DNA from: Eledone cirrhosa | Taxonomy: Eukaryota | Reading direction: 5' to 3' | Assembly (NCBI GenBank): GCA_964016885.1 | Contig: OZ024741.1 | Coordinates: 160,022,001 to 160,086,000 of the forward strand | Length of the DNA: 64,000 nt | Shown: one piece after another, positions 1 to 11,212 of the stretch | How positions within the stretch are numbered: position 1 is the first letter of the stretch | Layout of the letters: each line of letters starts with the position of its first letter | Translations under genes and position numbers: made by a program | The notes under the pieces: model-generated | Told to the model about the DNA's origin: nothing | What the model saw: the letters and a program-made list of their open reading frames with translations, nothing else | The model's database searches: none

Positions 1-47
1 TGGTACCAAACATACACACACACAGACACACGCACACACACACACAT

Positions 48-95
<48 letters not shown>

Positions 96-96
96 C

Positions 97-137
<41 letters not shown>

Positions 138-156
138 GTGTGTGTGAGTGTGTGTG

Positions 157-194
<38 letters not shown>

Positions 195-262
195 TGTGTG
201 TGTGTGTGTCTGTGTGTGTGTGTGTGTGTGCGTGTGTCTGTGTGTGTGTATGTTTGGTGCCA
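1..262. repeat. (CA)n/(TA)n/(TG)n microsatellite arranged as a foldback inverted repeat
   Basis: Start TGGTACCAAACATACACACACACAGACACACGCAC is mirrored by GTGCGTGTGTCTGTGTGTGTGTATGTTTGGTGCCA ending at ~262, including the repeat interruptions. Confidence 0.8.
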
Positions 263-357
263 GAGTGCGTCATTGGCTCATCGGGAGTGAGAGACTCCTA
301 GTTCCTGTTAAGACATCTTTCTAGAAGAAGGAAAACTCTGATTTAAAACCTGCAGCC

Positions 358-378
358 TTTTATTAATAGACACACAAA

Positions 379-452
<74 letters not shown>

Positions 453-476
453 TGTGTTTGCAAGTGTGTGTGTGTG

Positions 477-554
<78 letters not shown>

Positions 555-570
555 TGTGTCTATTAATAAA
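358..570. repeat. (CA)n/(TG)n microsatellite palindrome with unique terminal arms
   Basis: TTTATTAATAGACACACAAAC at the left end and GTTTGTGTGTCTATTAATAAA at the right end are exact reverse complements. Confidence 0.85.
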
Positions 571-594
571 ATATAAAAATTATTCAAAACCTAA

Positions 595-1240
595 AAAAGG
601 TGTAAAATATCTTTTGCCAAAATCAACAGAAACAAATATTCCAAAAATTGTTCACCCTGTCACTTATCTTCCCACATCATACCAAATTCTCATTTCAATC
701 TTAACTGAGACAACCTACAAATTTATAGATGAAAATCATATTTTCCCTATTAAACACATAAGGTTGTCGTCGTGGGTCTTACGGTTGCGAAGACAAACTT
801 CTCATTAACCGCATGATTCGGGAAAACTATCATAAGAAGTATAGAAATGTGTGTAATGTTTGGATTGAGTATAAAAAAAAGCATTTGATAATGTTCCCCA
901 TTTATAGATTTTTAAAACTTTGGATGTTCTGAAAATGCCCCCAGTAATATCAAACTTCCTGAAATACAATATGTCTCTATGGAATACAAATCTATCACTG
1001 TCACACAGTGATGGAATTATAAATTCCAGCAACATAGGCATTAACCGAGGTATGTTTCAAATATCTCCTTGATATTTTACATTACACTCACACCGCTGTC
1101 ATTAGTGGTCAACAAAACAAAATATGGCTTCAAAATAGACAGCAAAACCATAAATAAATTGCTGGATGACTTAAAACTGTATGCCAAAAATCACAAGGAA
1201 TTGGAAGGATTATTGAAGACAGTTAAGGTGTTCAGCAAGA
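595..1240 (+). pseudogene. Degenerate R4/Dong-like reverse transcriptase fragment
   Basis: Translations GVKYLLPKSTETNIPK..PVTYLPT, GCRRGSYGCEDKLLINRMI, AFDNVP and LDDLKLYAKNHKELEGLLKTVKVFS align by eye with the 833-aa ORF at 14646-17147; frameshifts are present. Confidence 0.8.
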
Positions 1241-3250
1241 GGGGGTAATCTTAGCGGACCAATCTCATGATGTTCAACAGTTCCAAAAAGTAACCGTTCA
1301 TTCTAACCACAGAGCAGATGTTACTGAGCATTGCAGCGATCCAGCCTCTGAAAACGGGCCCGAAGCCGACTGCTTTGAAGACTATTCCAAGTAGCGATGG
1401 TCAACCATATCAAAGCTTTCGATTGATCTAAGTTGATCAGGGCCCCACACGTGCCAAGTTCCTTACCCATCCTCTTTATGATGTATCACATATAGTGGAG
1501 GCTGTCGTGAACAGATCTTTTCGGAATGGCAAATGTCTGTGCCTCACCTACTAGACCACTAACGACAAGCACCAACCTCGTCGCTAACACCTTGGCTAAA
1601 ATTTTGAACTCTGCAGTTAGCAAAGTTATAGGCCTACAATTGATAATATAGTTTCCTTTGTTCGGAACCTATCTCAGCAGTGCAAGCGCCCCTTGGCTCA
1701 CAAAACTGGGAATCCTCCCGTTCTGTTGTCAGTTGGCATAGACGTCCGCTAAGATGTTGCCGCACAAGTCTGGCATGTTTGCGTAAAGCTCGTAGGGTAG
1801 ACCATCCGAGCCAGATGACTTTCCCCTCGTGCAGCTAGCCATCACGACTCATATTTCATGTTACCGGCTTTTCGCAACACCCCGCTTCCATCACCGAGTT
1901 CTGCGACAGCCCGTCAATGTAGGTAGTGAAGCTCACCGACGCTCTCGAACAGTCGAGAAAAGTATCACTGAAAAACCCGTACACATCTGTTTGGTTACCA
2001 TGTGCACTTCGTAGTATGCCAAAGATCGGATTGTGGCTTTGTTGCCATACCGCACCATCGCCACTCGGACTCACTGAATGGCTGTCGTTCCTTCATGTCA
2101 AAGAGCACACACCCTAGCTCTGACAACGAAGTCTTCCTGCTTAGAATTAAAGAATTGGTTGTTAGTCAATCACGCCGCAAACACGTCGGCTGCGATGCCT
2201 TTGCTAACTGTTTTTTTCTAACTTTCTAACTAATTCTATCTCTACCCAATTTTCTTCTATCTTTAAGCTTTACTAAAGCTTATCGATTCTATTATAATCA
2301 CCATTTCAAAGCGAACCACCATTTCTCGTTTGTCGATTGCCCCCGTCAATGCCCGCTTAACTAATTGGTCTTTGCAAGCTTTGTGCATCGGGAAGTACGC
2401 GTTCAGCTTCTAATAACCTGCATATGGATCCTATTTAAGTGACTGTACAGATCACAAATTTGTGGTCTGTGTTGTCTACTACTTTAAATTGTGGACAACC
2501 TATGCTATCCTTATCTACTTCCCTACAGAATACACTATCTAGATACAATCTGGATTACCCGATGTGGTTTGACCATTTCCACATTGGCACATTCAGGAAA
2601 TCCTGTCGATACCTCTCAAATAGATGGAATTGTCTGAGCAGGTTTGCGAGGCTTTTGCACTCTCTTACCCTGTCAGCTAAGCCTACACAGTGTTAGTGTG
2701 TATCTAAGATCCCGTTCCAGTCGCTCACTAACGCTAAAGACGTTTCTAGAAAGGTTTCCAGACGCCTTGTCCCTGTAGGGACATAGATGGCAATCAGCCT
2801 GAAAGCATGTCCTTCACTGCTGTCCAAGTCCAGCACTACCGACTTACATTCTGGATCTAGGAAGATGGGCCGTATCATGGTCCAGGCCTTTCCGAAACAA
2901 CACGCCGACTCCGCCCTCTACTCCCGGAGGACTTGGAGATGCGTACACCTCATAGACTCTGAAAATGGGTACGGAGTCTCGTGGCTCGAAAATTCTGGTC
3001 TCACTGATGGACACTATGTTCAGTGAGCAAAGGTCGTTGACCCTGCTTCCAAGGCAACTCCAGGCCACGTGCATTCACACTACTTTTTCTGAGCAAGGCC
3101 ATATTATCAGGAAAAAAAGTAAAGTGGGAAAAACACTTACTTGGTTTTGTTTGGAAAGGTGGTTTATCCGTCTTTCCGGTTGTTGTTGTTTTTTTTTTGG
3201 GGGGGGGGGGGGGTGCACCTACAGATCTCCGATTTCCTTTGGGAATTTAG
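1241..3250 (-). mobile_element. Degenerate Tx1/L1-like non-LTR retrotransposon (APE domain to RT N-terminus)
   Basis: ORF pieces NIVSISETRI, FRLIAIYVPTG and DWNGILD (APE motifs) plus the DQSKAFD region; colinear with the element at 6270-11212 but with many stops. Confidence 0.85.
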
Positions 3251-3307
3251 TTTCTAGATTCGTATGTGTCTTGTGTTGTCTGAATGATTTCATGTTTAAT
3301 TATAATA

Positions 3308-3466
3308 ATCATTTCTGATTTAGGCACAAGGCCAGCAATTTTAAATGAAGGGGAAAGTCGATTAAATCGACCCCCGTGCGTGACTGGTACTTTATTTTAT
3401 CGACCCCGTAAGAATGAAAGGCAAAGCTAACCTCAGCGAGATTTGAACTTAGAACGTAAAGGACCG
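3308..3466 (-). mobile_element. tRNA-derived SINE family 1, 5'-truncated variant
   Basis: Shared core GGCACAAGGCCAGCAAT...TTTATCGACCCCGTAAG...ATTTGAAC, flanked by TAA repeats. Confidence 0.8.
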
Positions 3467-3506
3467 TTAATGATAATAATAATAATAGTAATAATAATAA
3501 TAATAA

Positions 3507-5960
3507 TGATTTCTTTATTCGCCACAAGAGCTGACATCAAGAAAAACATTACAGACGGCACAGAACGGTACAGGACGGTACGATGTGGGTTTTGTGCGTG
3601 TAAATATTTTAATTATTTATATAAGAAAAGAAAAAAAAGACATAGAAACATATATATATATAAACAATAAAAATGAAAATTGAAACAATGTAAAATTCCC
3701 CAATAGGGGGGAAACCTCCGAGGGTTACTCGTGGCGAAAACCACACAAAAGACTACGGCCACCCTGACCACCAGAGCAAGCGCCCTCTCTCAATTTTTTT
3801 CCCATTCCTCAAACTACAAGCGTATATTCAGAGCGATCCCGTTCACTCCGACCATTCTCGCTACATTCACCCACCTTTCAACAAACCTGCTAGAAGAAAG
3901 CACTTTCCTCTCTACCCTGATTTTCCTCTTCAAGTGAAACTTGAAAAAGTTAATCAGGGATTCGCCGAAGAGGAAAGTGTGTCTTTAACCCTTTCAACCT
4001 TGTCCACCACACAATCTTTTTCGCCATGGCAACCAGGCAGATGAAAACCGCTTGCCTTTCCTCCTCAAAGGAAGACGGCGAGACCATCTGCACAATGGAC
4101 TCAGTCGATAACCGGATCGGTCCTACACGCGACAGCAACTGTTCGACATAGCTCCACAAGTCAGCAATGCTCGGGCACTGAACGAGTGCGTGCACGACGG
4201 TTTCGTCGCTCTGCGCGCATCTCGGACAGGCTCGGCTGACGGCAGTTCCATGCCGGTAGAGCTTATCTCGAACCGGCAAAGCTCCCCGGTAGCACTGCCA
4301 GGCCAGGGATTTCTGGAAGTTATCCATAGGCCCTGGGCTGAAAGTTCTCCGGAAGAGAGCAAACAGCTGATTTTCTTCGACGCCCAGGATCTCTCCGAGA
4401 ACGTCGTCACTCTTCCCCATCCACCAGTCCTCTATAGAACGCCGAGGTGGATGTTCCACCGATACTGGTGTCCAACTGGCAGAGGGCAGTGAGCGCCTGG
4501 AGACATTCCAGTTTCCAAGCGCTATCCCTCGCTATTTTCCTGACCCAAGACTGCAGTTCCGTCAAGGAGATGAGCTGTGGAAAAACGTGCTTGGCGAACG
4601 GCGACCACACCTGTTCACCGTCAAGGAAGCACCAAAGATGTCGCCGCCTCAGCACATGTTTTCACATCATCAGCCATGGCATGCCCAGTCCTCAACGCAA
4701 CGGGTGTTGACAGCAGATGGATCGTCTGACCATGGGAGAGCGTCCCTTCCACAAAAAGCGGAAGAAGAGGCGTCCATTTTGGTGAGAGTTGGGCCGGGGC
4801 AAGGAACGACAGTGAGGCGGTAGCAGATGACGGATGCAATGTACGCATTCGCCACCTCCGCCCGGCCTTTCAGTGACAGCTTCCTCTCAGCCCATTTCTG
4901 GGTGAGGGAGGCCACCCTGCTCGTCACCTCCCTCCAGTTTTTCTCCATCTGGAGGTCCGAACCAGACCCCGAGCAATTTAACCGGTCCGTCCGTCCAACC
5001 GCACCAACCAGCAGCTAGTCTCTTCTACCATCTGCAAGCGACGCCTGGGCTGGTTTGGACACGCTTTGAGACTTCCCCCGGAGAGACTGGCGAACCAAGT
5101 ACTTAAATGGGGCCCGCAGGGAAGCGGACGAAGAGGGCGACCCAATATGAACTGGCGCCAGAGAGTTGAGAGGGACCTGCGAGCGACAAACAGACAATGG
5201 CGGGACGCTGTGCAAATGGCTGCTGACCGAAAGCGATGGAACACTATGATTGCCTCATGCGTCGCAAGACGCAGGAGCTTCTGAGTCTGAGTCTGAGTCC
5301 GTCCAACGCCCCACGACGCTGTCGGGCGGCATGGACTTGCCTCTCCAGGTGCCGAGCTGCAAGCCCACCGACTTTTCCTGGTTTATCTTTGCTCATGTCA
5401 CCGCTTCGTATTCCTTGAGAGCGGTACCGAGCATCTGGACCTGTCTGGTGCTCGACACCACGACGGTGACGTCGTCGGCGTAAGCCGACTCGGATTTCCC
5501 GCATCCTAGTTTGCGTGGGACGCCCCTCATCGCCCCAGTTTGTGCAGTAACGGCTCGAGAGCCAATACGTACAAGAGGGACGAGAGGGGACAACCCTAGC
5601 GGACCGAGCGCATGATGCTGAACGGCTGCAGCAGGTGACCGTTCACCCTCACAACTGAGCAGATGTCGCTGTACATCGCAGTATCTAACCCCTGAATACG
5701 GGTCCGAAACCAGCTGCCTCGAGGACCGCCGCCAGGTACCGATGGTCGACCCTACCGAATGCTTTGGATTGATCCAAGTTAATCAGGGCCCCACCGGTGC
5801 CAGGTTCCTTAACCGCCCTCTCTACGATGTATCGCATGAGGTGGAGGTTGTCGTGTATTGATCTGTCCGGAATGGTGCATGACTGCGCCTCTCCCACCAG
5901 ACTCTCGTCGACAAGTGCCAACCTCGTTGCTAACACCTTGGCCAAAATCTTGAACTCTGC
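3507..5960 (-). mobile_element. 5'-truncated Tx1/L1-like element (RT, C-terminal Cys-rich domain, 3' UTR)
   Basis: ORFs with NLDQSKAF, SAYADDVTV and CPRCAQSDETVVHALVQCP; on the minus strand it ends AATAAAGAAATC(ATT)n. Confidence 0.9.
5000..5296 (+). mobile_element. RTE-clade LINE 3' fragment nested in the Tx1 element
   Basis: RRLGWFGHALRLPPER..GRRGRPNMNW..AADRKRW is a typical RTE C-terminus; (CTGAGT)3 tail; 11-bp TSD GTCCGTCCAAC at 4989-4999 and 5297-5307. Confidence 0.9.
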
Positions 5961-6045
5961 GATACGTCCTGAATGTCTGAGGCTGCAGTTGATATTGATT
6001 TCAACAAACTTTCCAGTTAAATAACATCAATGTCTGAGACTCAAA

Positions 6046-6050
<5 letters not shown>
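5957..6050 (+). mobile_element. Possible 3' terminus of another R4/Dong-like element
   Basis: LRYVLNV* followed by a short UTR and a (TAA)n tail, resembling the LRKILSI*-UTR-(TAA)n end of the intact element. Confidence 0.45.
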
Positions 6051-6086
<36 letters not shown>

Positions 6087-6088
<2 letters not shown>

Positions 6089-6262
6089 TGTTTCTAATTT
6101 AGGCACAAGGCCAGCAATTACCAGTGCATTACTGGTACTTTATTTTATCGACCCCGTAAGGATGAAAGGCAAAGTCAACCTCGGCGGGATTTGAACTCAG
6201 ATCGTAAAGGGACGTAACTATGCTGGAAAGCATGGCGTCCGACCCTCTACCGATACTGCCAA
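6087..6262 (-). mobile_element. tRNA-derived SINE family 1
   Basis: Minus strand has an A-box-like TGGCAGTATCGG and a B-box GTTCAAATCC, and ends GAAACAATT(ATT)n. Confidence 0.9.
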
Positions 6263-6549
6263 ATAATAATGATTTCATTTATTAGCCACCAGGGCCGATA
6301 TGTAGGGGACAATACAAAGACAGGGACAGTGGGGGTTTACAATAAGGTCGAGTAAAAGTGCACAATGGCAAGACTAATTTAACAATGAAAATATAAAAAT
6401 ATAAAATAAACTATGCATAAATATAACAAAATAAATTCCCCGATAGGGGGTGTACGACCCTGAGGTGCTTCAGGTACCCCACCAATCCTGAACCACCCTG
6501 CGCTTCTAGGGCACCCAGGGAGAGCACCCCTCTTCTCAAGTTAGACAGC

Positions 6550-9500
6550 CTATAGGCGCATGGTCAGAGTAGGCCCATTCACACGAGCCATGCTCCTCAC
6601 ATTCACCCACCTTTTAGCAAATGTACTGGGGGGCAGCACTTCTCTCTCAACCCTCACCTTCCTTTCCAGGTGAAACTTGAAGAAGTTGATGAGGGATTGG
6701 CCGAAGAGAAAAGTGTCTGTCTTTAGTCCTTTCAACCTGGTCCACCATATAATCTCTTTCGCAACTGCCACCAGACAGAGGAAAATTTCCTGCTCTTCCT
6801 GACCTAAGGAAAGCGGTGGATCGATCTTCACTATGGACTCGGCTGATAGCCGGATTCGTTCCACACGCGACAGTAGCTGTTCGACATAACTCTACAAGTC
6901 AGTAATGCACGGACATTGGACAAGTGCGTGCAGAACGGTTTCGTCGTTCTGTGCACATCTTGGGCAGGTCCGTCTGGCAGCACTTCCGTGCCTGTAGAGT
7001 TTATCCTGAGCCGGCAGTGCCCCGCGGTAGCACTGCCAAGCGAGGGATTTCTGGAAATTGTCCATCGTCCCCGGCTCAAAAGTCCTCCGGTACAGACTGG
7101 TCAATTCGACTTCGTCGAGACCCAAAGCTTCTCCGAGTGCGTCATCGCACTTTCCCACCACTAATCCTCTATAGAACTCGAGAGTGGAAGTTCCACTGAT
7201 CGCATTGCCCGCTTGGTAGAGGGCAGTGACTGCCTGGCAACATTCCAGGTGCCAGTCACCCAGTCTCGGTCTCTTCTTGACCCAGGACTGCAGCTCAGTC
7301 AAAGAAATGAGCTGCGGAAAGGCCCGTCTGATAAACGGCGACCACACCTGTTCACCGTTGAGGAAGAATATCTGGAGATGTCGCAGCCTCAACGCATGTC
7401 TGCGCATCATTAGCCACGGCATGCCCAGCCCTCCGTGTAGAGGGTGCTGGCAGCAGATGGACCGCCTCACCAACGGAACTTGTCCCCTCCACAAGAATTT
7501 GAAGAGGAGCCGTTTCAGCTTGACGAGGCGCGGACGGGGGCAAGGCACGACGGTCAGGCGGTAGTAGATGACGGACGCGATGTACGCATTCGCCACCTCC
7601 GCGCGACCTTTCAGTGATAGCTTCCTCCCAGCCCATTTTCGGGTGAGACTGGCTACTCTGCTCGTTACCTCGTCCCAATTATTTTCCACCTGGAGGTCTG
7701 GTCCGAACCAAACCCCGAGCAACTTTACCGGTCCGTCCGTCCAGCGCCCCACGACGCTGTTGGACGGCATGGGCTTGCCTCTCCAGGTTCCGAACTGCAA
7801 GCCCACCGACTTTTCCGGGTTAAGTTTAGCTCCTGTCAACCTTTCATATTCCTTCAATAAGGTGCCGACCACCTCGATTTCTGAGGTGTTCGACACCATC
7901 ACGGTGATGTCGTCCGCATAAGCCGACACCGCTTTTCCACGTCCCGGTTCGAGCGGGATGCCCTGCAATAGCTCCAGCTTCCGCAGTAAAGGCTCGAGAG
8001 TCAATACGTACAGAAGTGAAGAGAGAGGGCACCCTTGACGGACCGATCGGGAGAGCCGAAATGGTTCCGAGAGGTGGCCATTAACCTTGACCACCGAGCA
8101 TGTGTCGCTGTGCATTGCAACGATCCAGCTTCTAAAGACAAGGCCGAAGCCAGCCGCTTTGAGGAAAACTCCAGATACCGATGATCGACCCTATCGAATG
8201 CTTTCGATTGATCTAAATTGATCAGTGTCCCACCGAAGCCAGGTTTACACCCTACCCTCTCTATGATGTATCGCATGAGGTGGAGATTGTCGTGTATGGA
8301 CCTGGCTGGGATTGCGCAAGTTTGCGCCTCCCCAACCAAGTCCTCGACGACAAGCGCCAATCTCTTTGCTAACACCTTGGCCAAAATCTTAAACTCTGCG
8401 TTGAGCAGAGTTATGGGCCTGAAGTTGTCTAATGTATCCCTCTTGTTCTCGTCTTTCCTTATCAGCGTCACCACTCCCCTGCTCAAAGAACTGGGAATAC
8501 TCCCATTCTGCTGCCAGTTGCAGTAGAGTGCTTCGAGGAGTTCGGAGAACAAGTCTGGCATATTTACGTAAAGCTCGTAGGGCAGGCCATCCAAACCGGG
8601 TGACTTGCGCCTCATGCAGCCGACAAGGGCGTCCTGAATTTCGGCTGAAGTAATCGGCCTTTCGCAGCGCTCAGCGTCGACCGTCGAGATGCGCGGCAAG
8701 CCGTCAAGGTAGGGACTGAAATCCGCTACTCTCTCTGACTCGCCACTCTCTCTGAACAACCGAGCAAAGTGCTGGCGAAAGGCCTCACACATCCGCTTGG
8801 AATCGCTTATCTCGTGTCCTCGGTCCGCCAACGACCGAGTTGTGGTTTTATTACCACGCTGCGCCTCCGCCACGCGGGCCCATCGAACAGCTTTAGTTCC
8901 CTCGTTTCTCAGCGCACGCGCCCTAGCTCTGACAATGCAACCTTCGTGTTTGGCATTGAAGAAATGGTCTAATGCCATTCTCGCCGCTAGCACGTCAGTT
9001 GCGATGCCACTACAAATAGCCTCGTCTAACTTATCTATCAGCTCCCCCCCCCCTCCTTTCTATTTTTCTCTAACGCTAGTTCTTTGCTGAACTCTATCGA
9101 AGTTACTCTAATCTCTCTTTTGAGAGCCACCCACCATCTGTTGTTGATGATCCCCCTGTCAACTTTTGCTTAACTAAATTGTTGACTCCGTCCCTGTAAG
9201 CCTTACGTGCCGGAAATGACATGTTCAGCTTCCAGTAACCCGGTCCTACCCTACGCGTTTTATTTAGGTCGACCGTACAGATCACAAATTTGTGATCTGA
9301 ATAGGCGACCGTTTTAAAAAGTGGACAGCCCACACTATTTCTATCTATTTTCCTAATGAAGATCATGTCTATATACGATCTAGATGACCCCATTCGGTTG
9401 GTCCATGTCCACACTGGCACATTGGAGAAATCTAGTCGATACCTGTCAGACAGTTGGAACTGGCTGAGTAGGTGCTTGAGGCTTTTGCACCCCCCGCTCC

Positions 9501-9971
9501 TATCGGCTACTCCCACACAATCCCAGCGTGCGTCTAAGATGCCATTCCAGTCCCCCGCTAACAGTAAAGGGCGAGACGTACCCAGAAAGGTCTCCAGGCG
9601 CCTAAAGAGGTCAGGTCGTCCGGCCCCTGTAGGGGCGTAGACGGCCAGCAGTCTAAAGGCACCACCTTCGCTACTGCTCACATCCAAGACCACCAACTTA
9701 CCGTCCGGGTCCCGGAAGATCGACCTTACCTCGAGATCCAGTCCTTTCCTAAACAGCACTGCCACCCCACCCCCATTCCCGGTCTGCTAACAGATGCGAA
9801 GATCTGATAGTCGTCGAAAATGGTGGCTAGTGCGCGCGTGTCGGAAATTCTGGTCTCGCTTACGGCAATCACATCCATTTCCAGCGACCGGAGGTCGTTG
9901 AGCAGGCGACCCTGCTTCCAGGGTGACCCCAGGCCGCGAACATTTAAACATCCTCCTCTTAATATGGCCAT
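6550..9971 (-). pseudogene. Tx1-like ORF2 (APE endonuclease + reverse transcriptase), split by frameshifts
   Basis: Consecutive ORF pieces 9726-9971, 9103-9765, 8001-8993, 6892-8115 and 6550-6864. Confidence 0.92.
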
Positions 9972-10002
9972 ATTGGTAAGCTAAGAGAGAGAGAGGGAAG
10001 GT

Positions 10003-11212
10003 TTACTTACCTCCCGGGTCTTGTGAAGGTCGGGTGGTTCGATCTCCATGGTTGGTGGGGTTTCTTTTGGGAACCCCTTTAAAAGTCTTGATGTGGGTTT
10101 CATATTCGGGGTTCCCACGTCTTGAGGAAAGCTCTCTCGAATTTCTTTGAAGGAATTGAGTGAAATTCGGACCAGAAGAAAAATCTTCTGGAACGCAAAA
10201 TGTGCTCATTTCAAAAATCTTCCCCTCTGTTTGAATGTCCTCGCTTCGCGCTAAGAGGGCCATCAGTTTATCGTTGGCCCTTCTGACAAGCACGAAGTTT
10301 TTAACATTTTGTTGGTGTGGTTTTATTTGTTTTCGTTTTGGTGAAGGTGGTGGCGATGGTTTTGGTGCTGTTGTTTCGGGTATGTCTATGTTTGTTGTAG
10401 GTGTGGTGTCTGCAATTTCAGGTATTTGTGTGTTTATTTGTACTTGTGTTTGTTTAGGTTGTTTGTGTTTCGGGGATTGTGGAGGTGGTGTCGACGTGGC
10501 TGTTGGTGATGATGTTATTGGGGAAGTGTTTGCGTTCGTGGTGTCTGTATTTTTTGTTGTGTGTGTTTTTGTGTTTTGTTGGGCTTTTTTTTGTGAGTTT
10601 TCTCTGTTTTTTGCACTTTTGGGTTTTCCTTCATCTTCGCTGCTGGAAGACAAAGGGTCTGTGTCTGTGAGTGTCTCTGTGTCTGTGTGTCTGTGTGTGC
10701 GTTTATTGTTTTGTCTATGTGTATAATTGGGGGTGGGGGGTGAGAGAGCGTTCCTCGTTTTCTCCTTGGATTGGTTTTGGTGTTGGTGGTGATCCGGCTG
10801 CTTTTGATGTTGGTGTCCGTGTTTTTGTTGATGTTGTTTTTGGTGGTGGTGGTGGTGGTGCAGCTTTCCGTGCTGACACTGGCGTTGGCAACAAAGGAGG
10901 TTTGCGACCCCCTGCATTTTTGCGCTGAGAGCAGAAGGCTTGAAGATGCGTTGCTTCCCCGCAGACGAAGCAGCGTGGCCTTCTTCCGTCAATCATTAGT
11001 TGGATTGTTTTCCCGTCCTGCAGGCGGGCAAAATCCGGGATGTTATTCATATCCTCCGGTTTCATTTGGAGAAGAATCTCCAAATCCATTCCGGATCAGT
11101 CCTCTCTCTCTGTCCTTTTGATATCCAGGAGGGTAGTGTCTGTCCCCTCCTCGATTACGCATCCCAGCAGCCACCATATATTCATTCCTGGTGGGATGCT
11201 GGGAATGCGTAC
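10003..11212 (-). pseudogene. Tx1-like ORF1 (gag-like CCHC with low-complexity P/T/K tail), 5'-truncated and frameshifted
   Basis: ORF 10715-11089 carries CX2CX4HX4C; ORF 10003-10992 ends just upstream of the ORF2 start. Confidence 0.8.

Larger units (their letters stand above)
6270..11212 (-). mobile_element. Near full-length Tx1/L1-like non-LTR retrotransposon (ORF1 + ORF2, frameshifted)
   Basis: ORF1 zinc knuckle CFVCGEATHLQAFC; ORF2 begins GCLNVRGL, with APE motifs (SET, YAP, GDWN, SDH), RT motifs (PGLDG, QGCPLS, YADD) and CPRC..ETVLHALVQC; 3' end AATAAATGAAATC(ATT)n. Confidence 0.95.
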
